A stretch of 64,000 bases of DNA from Candidatus Liptonbacteria bacterium. Its GTDB lineage: Bacteria; Patescibacteriota; Minisyncoccia; UBA6257; 2-01-FULL-56-20. The position numbers and the translations under genes are program-made. Numbering within the stretch: the first letter of the stretch is position 1; each line of letters starts with the position of its first letter. Location: contig JACQKU010000011.1 of the NCBI GenBank assembly GCA_016204335.1, positions 541-64,540 of the forward strand. The letters run 5' to 3'. Shown in pieces: positions 60,059 to 64,000 of this stretch. The notes under the pieces are model-generated. The model was not told where the DNA came from. It did not search any database and was given only the letters and a program-made list of their open reading frames with translations.

Positions 60059-61108
60059 TCAGAACCATTGAGCGATGTCGCGGATGGTGACAAATGCCAT
60101 CAAAACGAGAAGAAGAACGAAGCCGAAGCGATTGGCCCACGCCTGAAACTTGAACGGAATCGGCGAACCCTTGATTTTCTCCGCCAAAATCAGAAATAAT
60201 CTTCCACCGTCAAGCGCCGGAAACGGAATTAAATTAATAACCGCCAGATTAATAGAGATGAGCCCGATGAGCTGTACGAGATACACCATTCCGATTTTTC
60301 CGGTTTCTTGGGCAACGGAAAAAATGCCGATTGGCCCGACCACGCCGGTCAAAAGCGAACCGTGGAGTAAAAGATTTTTCATAAGCGCGTAAAATGTGAA
60401 AAAGATTGCGCCGGAAGCATATACTGCCTGCTTGAATCCTTCCGCGAAAGATTTTAGAACGCCAAGACGCTCAACTCCGGATTCTGAAAGAAGAACGCCG
60501 AGAGCGCCTTCGTTCGGAGCAATATCGGTTCTGGGAACTACGTTAAAATTTAAATTTTCCGAACCGCGCCTGATTTCAATAATTATGGGCTGGCCGCGGC
60601 GCTGATTCACAAAGTCAATAAACCCTTTTGCCGCGGTATAATTCTTGATTATATCCCCAGCCATAATGCCGGCTTTTTCCGCCGGAGAATTATTCTGAAT
60701 TCCGCCTACGACAAGAAGCGGCGCGCTGCCCGCCATAAACACGAACGATATCAGCAACCAGCCGATTAAAAAATTGACCGCTACGCCGGCGGCGATTACC
60801 AAAAACCGTTTCCAGGCCGGCTGAAAAAAGAAATAGCGATTCTTCTCGCTTGACGGGAGCGATTCCAGCTTGACGAACTCTCCGCTGGCGGAATCTTCTT
60901 CTCCGGCGATTTTCACGAATCCACCGAATGGTAGCCAGTTGAAACTGTATTCGACTTCGCCTTTTTTGCGCGCGAAGAGCCGCGGAGGAAACCCGAAACC
61001 GAACTCGTCAATCTTCAAACCGAATGCTTTCGCAACCCAAAAATGCCCCGCTTCGTGTCCGAGAATGAGAACCGCAAGACCTATGATGACGAAAATGAAT
61101 ATCAGCAT
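60059..61108 (-). CDS. rseP: RIP metalloprotease RseP (M50)
   Basis: HEAGH, PFGGFV, a PDZ domain and NLIPFPALDGG. Confidence 0.93.
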   Translation of the reverse strand: MLIFIFVIIGLAVLILGHEAGHFWVAKAFGLKIDEFGFGFPPRLFARKKGEVEYSFNWLPFGGFVKIAGEEDSASGEFVKLESLPSSEKNRYFFFQPAWKRFLVIAAGVAVNFLIGWLLISFVFMAGSAPLLVVGGIQNNSPAEKAGIMAGDIIKNYTAAKGFIDFVNQRRGQPIIIEIRRGSENLNFNVVPRTDIAPNEGALGVLLSESGVERLGVLKSFAEGFKQAVYASGAIFFTFYALMKNLLLHGSLLTGVVGPIGIFSVAQETGKIGMVYLVQLIGLISINLAVINLIPFPALDGGRLFLILAEKIKGSPIPFKFQAWANRFGFVLLLVLMAFVTIRDIAQWF

Positions 61109-61127
61109 GCACGGTTGATTTTACATC

Positions 61128-61260
61128 AACGAATAACGAATCGCAAACGAATGAACGAATTCGTAAATTCTCCGCCAGAGGCGCCTGCCCGTCCGAAGTC
61201 GGACGCGGGCGGGGGTCCGCCTTCGGAGAAGAAATAAATTCACTATTCGCCGATTAATCG
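61128..61260. repeat. ACGAAT-type repeat element containing two nested hairpin elements
   Basis: AACGAATAACGAATCGCAAACGAATGAACGAAT arm; TCCGCCAGAGGCG[30 bp]GGTCCGCC. Confidence 0.8.
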
Positions 61261-61261
61261 C

Positions 61262-61825
61262 TTACTGCTCAACTTCTTTTATTTTATCTTCGAGTATTGC
61301 TTCAATCTTCCGATTTGTTTCGTCAACCGTTTTCTGAATCTCCTCTTTAGCGTTGAAAAAACCGTCTTCGTTGATTTCTTTTTTTCCTTCGGCCGTTTTA
61401 AGCTCTTTGATTGCTTCGTCGCGCAAACTCCGTATTTGAATTTTCGCCGCTTCGGCTATTTTCCCCGCAAGTTTAATCAATTCCCGGCGCCGCTCATCGG
61501 TCAGCATCGGCAGAGAAACACGAATCAGATTGCCGTCGTTCGTAACGCTAAAACCGATTTTGGCGTCTTCAATAGCCTTCATAGCCGGATGAACCGCCTC
61601 CTTGTCCCAAACATGAATTTCAATCTCGCGCGGCGGTTTCACGCTCAGCGACCCCACTTGCCTGATTGCAAGCGTCTGACCATAGCAGTTAACTTTTATA
61701 TTTTCAAGTAGTTCAACCGACGGACGGTTTCCCCTGATTCCCCCGAATTCTTCTTTGAGCCGCTCGAGCCCCGTCTTCAGCGAGACATCAAATTCTTTTA
61801 TATTTTTTTCAATATTTTCCGGCAT
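61262..61825 (-). CDS. frr: Ribosome recycling factor
   Basis: IRGNRPS, YG, NDGNLIRVSLPMLTDERRRELIK. Confidence 0.93.
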   Translation of the reverse strand: MPENIEKNIKEFDVSLKTGLERLKEEFGGIRGNRPSVELLENIKVNCYGQTLAIRQVGSLSVKPPREIEIHVWDKEAVHPAMKAIEDAKIGFSVTNDGNLIRVSLPMLTDERRRELIKLAGKIAEAAKIQIRSLRDEAIKELKTAEGKKEINEDGFFNAKEEIQKTVDETNRKIEAILEDKIKEVEQ

Positions 61826-61841
61826 AGTAACAATAAACGGG

Positions 61842-62678
61842 TTAAACCTCATTTAACAAATTTTCAAGCTGAAGCCGGGGATTAAGATTCAAGTGGTCGG
61901 TATTCCGCCGTAAGTCAAGAATCTTGTGCCACAATTTGAGATTGATTTTTGCGGGAATTTCTTTATTTGAAAGAATCATCAAAAGGATTTCCAGAAATTC
62001 GCTAAGATTGAAATCATCCGGCTCTATAAGAGTTTTTATCATCTCGCGGCGCGCCCAAAACCCGGATTTGAGAAACGCTTCGCCGGATTTTCGCATCTCG
62101 CGAAACCGTCCGTCAAAAAGCATTTTCCAGGCAAGCCCCGGCTGGCCCGACGACAATTTTGCGATTGCTCCGGCTTCTTGCCCCTTGCCGAATTTTTCTT
62201 TGAGCCAATTCTCGATAAGCGCGGAATGAACCGGTGAAAAATAGATTTTCTGGAGCCGCGATTGAAGCGTCGGTAAAAGTTTTTCGGGGTCGCGGGCAAC
62301 GAGAATCAGAAGCGAGGATTCCGGCGGTTCTTCGGCGACTTTCAAAAGCGCGTTTTGCGCTTCCACGGTCATTGCTTCGACATCGTTGATAACGACCGTT
62401 CTTTTTTTGCTTACAACCGGCTTTTGCCACAAAAAATTCCTGATTCGGCGGATTTCGTCGATTCCGACGGTTCCTTCCTCATTCGGTTCGAGCAATAGCG
62501 AGTCACGGAGCATATTCGATTCTTCAAAATCTCCGGTTTCAAGAAAATTCGCGAAAGAAAGAGCGAAAAGCTTCTTGCCTGCGCGGGCGGGTCCGCAGAA
62601 AAGATACCCGTGCGAAAGTTCGTTTCTTTCGGCAAGACCTTTGAAATCTTCAACCAGTTGTTCGTGGCCGATTAACAT
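61842..62678 (-). CDS. holB: DNA polymerase III delta-prime subunit
   Basis: LIGHE, HGYLFCGP..GK, AQNALLKVAEEPP and PTLQSR. Confidence 0.85.
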   Translation of the reverse strand: MLIGHEQLVEDFKGLAERNELSHGYLFCGPARAGKKLFALSFANFLETGDFEESNMLRDSLLLEPNEEGTVGIDEIRRIRNFLWQKPVVSKKRTVVINDVEAMTVEAQNALLKVAEEPPESSLLILVARDPEKLLPTLQSRLQKIYFSPVHSALIENWLKEKFGKGQEAGAIAKLSSGQPGLAWKMLFDGRFREMRKSGEAFLKSGFWARREMIKTLIEPDDFNLSEFLEILLMILSNKEIPAKINLKLWHKILDLRRNTDHLNLNPRLQLENLLNEV

Positions 62679-62684
62679 AAATTC

Positions 62685-62797
62685 AAAAATCAAATATCAA
62701 AAATAAAAATGACAAATCAAAATGTAAAAATGAATTTTATCGTTTGGGCTTTTTGCATTTTACATTTTCATTTTGCACTTTGATTTTTACAGTTTGA
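62685..62797. repeat. ~112-bp AT-rich inverted-repeat element, close copy of 56140-56252
   Basis: Identical left arm; fills the mreB-holB junction. Confidence 0.9.
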
Positions 62798-62798
62798 T

Positions 62799-63806
62799 TT
62801 ATCTTTTGTTCAGTAATGTCTGCTTATATTTATCCAAATGCTCGAGAATCAGTCCGGTTCCTTTGGCGACGCAAAAAAGCGGATTTTCCGCGACATAGGT
62901 GGAAACGCCCAAAAACCTTTCGAAAAACTCCGGCAAGTAGTGAAGCTGGGCGCTGCCTCCCGAAAGAATGATTCCTTTTTCCATTATGTCGGCGACGAGT
63001 TCCGGCGGCGTGACATTGAACACGTTCTGCACCGAGCCGGCGATTTCTATCAGAAACGGATTGAGCGCTTCCGCTATTTCATTGCTGTTGATAACAAGGT
63101 CTTTCGGCAATCCGGTAATAAGATTCCGGCCGCGGAACTGGTATTCCATTTTTTCTTTAGAGGGCAGGGCGGCGCCGATTTCGATTTTTATGTGCTCGGC
63201 GGTTTGTTCTCCTATCGCAATCGAATATTTTTTCTTAACGTAATCGGCAATTGCCTGGTCGAATTTATTGCCGGCAACCCGCAAGCTCGTCCACGAAACA
63301 ATGTTGCCGAGCGCGATGACCGCCACTTCGGATGTGCCGCCGCCGATATTGATGACCATATGGCCGGAACGCGCGTTGATGGGAATGCCTGCGCCGAGCG
63401 CGGCTAGAACCGGTTCGCGGACAATGAACGCGTTCCGCGCGCCTCCTTCAAGGGTCGCGTTGACGACAGCGCGGCGCTCTGTCTGGGTAATGCCCGCAGG
63501 AACCGAAACAATCACATCCGGTTTGAAAATATTTAGGCGGCCGACCGCCTTTGCGATAAAATAAGTGAGAAGCGCTTTGGTGATATAGTAGTCCGCGATG
63601 ACGCCGTCTTTAAGCGGCCGGTACGCCATGATTTCTTCCGGCGTTCTGCCGATCATTTCCTTTGCTTCCACGCCGACCGCAAGCACCGAATTATGCGGTT
63701 TTCTAAGAGCCACAATGGTCGGCTCGTTGATGATAAACCCTTTGCCAGGCACGAACACCACTGTATTCGCCGTCCCCAAATCAATGCCGATTTTACGAGT
63801 GAGCAT
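62799..63806 (-). CDS. mreB: Rod shape-determining protein MreB
   Basis: GIDLGTAN, RPLKDGVIAD, NIGGGTSE and TPPEL..DI. Confidence 0.95.
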   Translation of the reverse strand: MLTRKIGIDLGTANTVVFVPGKGFIINEPTIVALRKPHNSVLAVGVEAKEMIGRTPEEIMAYRPLKDGVIADYYITKALLTYFIAKAVGRLNIFKPDVIVSVPAGITQTERRAVVNATLEGGARNAFIVREPVLAALGAGIPINARSGHMVINIGGGTSEVAVIALGNIVSWTSLRVAGNKFDQAIADYVKKKYSIAIGEQTAEHIKIEIGAALPSKEKMEYQFRGRNLITGLPKDLVINSNEIAEALNPFLIEIAGSVQNVFNVTPPELVADIMEKGIILSGGSAQLHYLPEFFERFLGVSTYVAENPLFCVAKGTGLILEHLDKYKQTLLNKR

Positions 63807-64000
63807 TATGGGCAGTATAACTTAAAAACAGACTGTCTTGCAATCTCTTTTTGCGGCTCTTTGCGGTTTGAAAAAACTAAAGGAGCCGCGCATGACGACT
63901 CCCCGTTTGCTGTCGACTAAATTTTTCCTTTCCTTATTTCGGTGTTGTAAGAATATCCACCGACTCCTTTTTCTTGCAACAACTCGTAAACGCGTAGCGC

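Noticed and set aside
63917-64000. Possible 3' end of a minus-strand gene at the window edge
   Set aside because: Too short to determine frame or product.

Overview
Bacterial chromosomal segment using genetic code 11, with a gene repertoire typical of Patescibacteria/CPR (Parcubacteria-like; this assignment is inference). It carries a large purine and nucleotide cluster (guaB, purA, purH, ahcY, a PfkB kinase, purM, purB, purC, purE, purQ, purS-purL), argH, typA, a DEAD-box helicase, a folate/queuosine trio, ftsZ-ftsA, ybeY, rpsU, hisS, lepB, pth, a type IV pilus locus with a large adhesin, rluA, rseP, frr, holB and mreB. I saw no rRNA, tRNA, CRISPR array or transposase. The most striking signal is several families of short palindromic or heptamer-repeat elements. 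They fill gene junctions, nest inside one another, and sit in frame inside conserved enzymes (TypA, PurB, PurL, PurM, PurH, Pth, RluA). They coincide with duplicated gene ends: typA has two extra upstream 5' copies, each interrupted by an element, and the argH 3' end is duplicated around an MNT-HEPN module whose toxin has a nonsense codon. Small cargo genes (a four-helix-bundle protein and a TrpR-like HTH) are bracketed by repeats.
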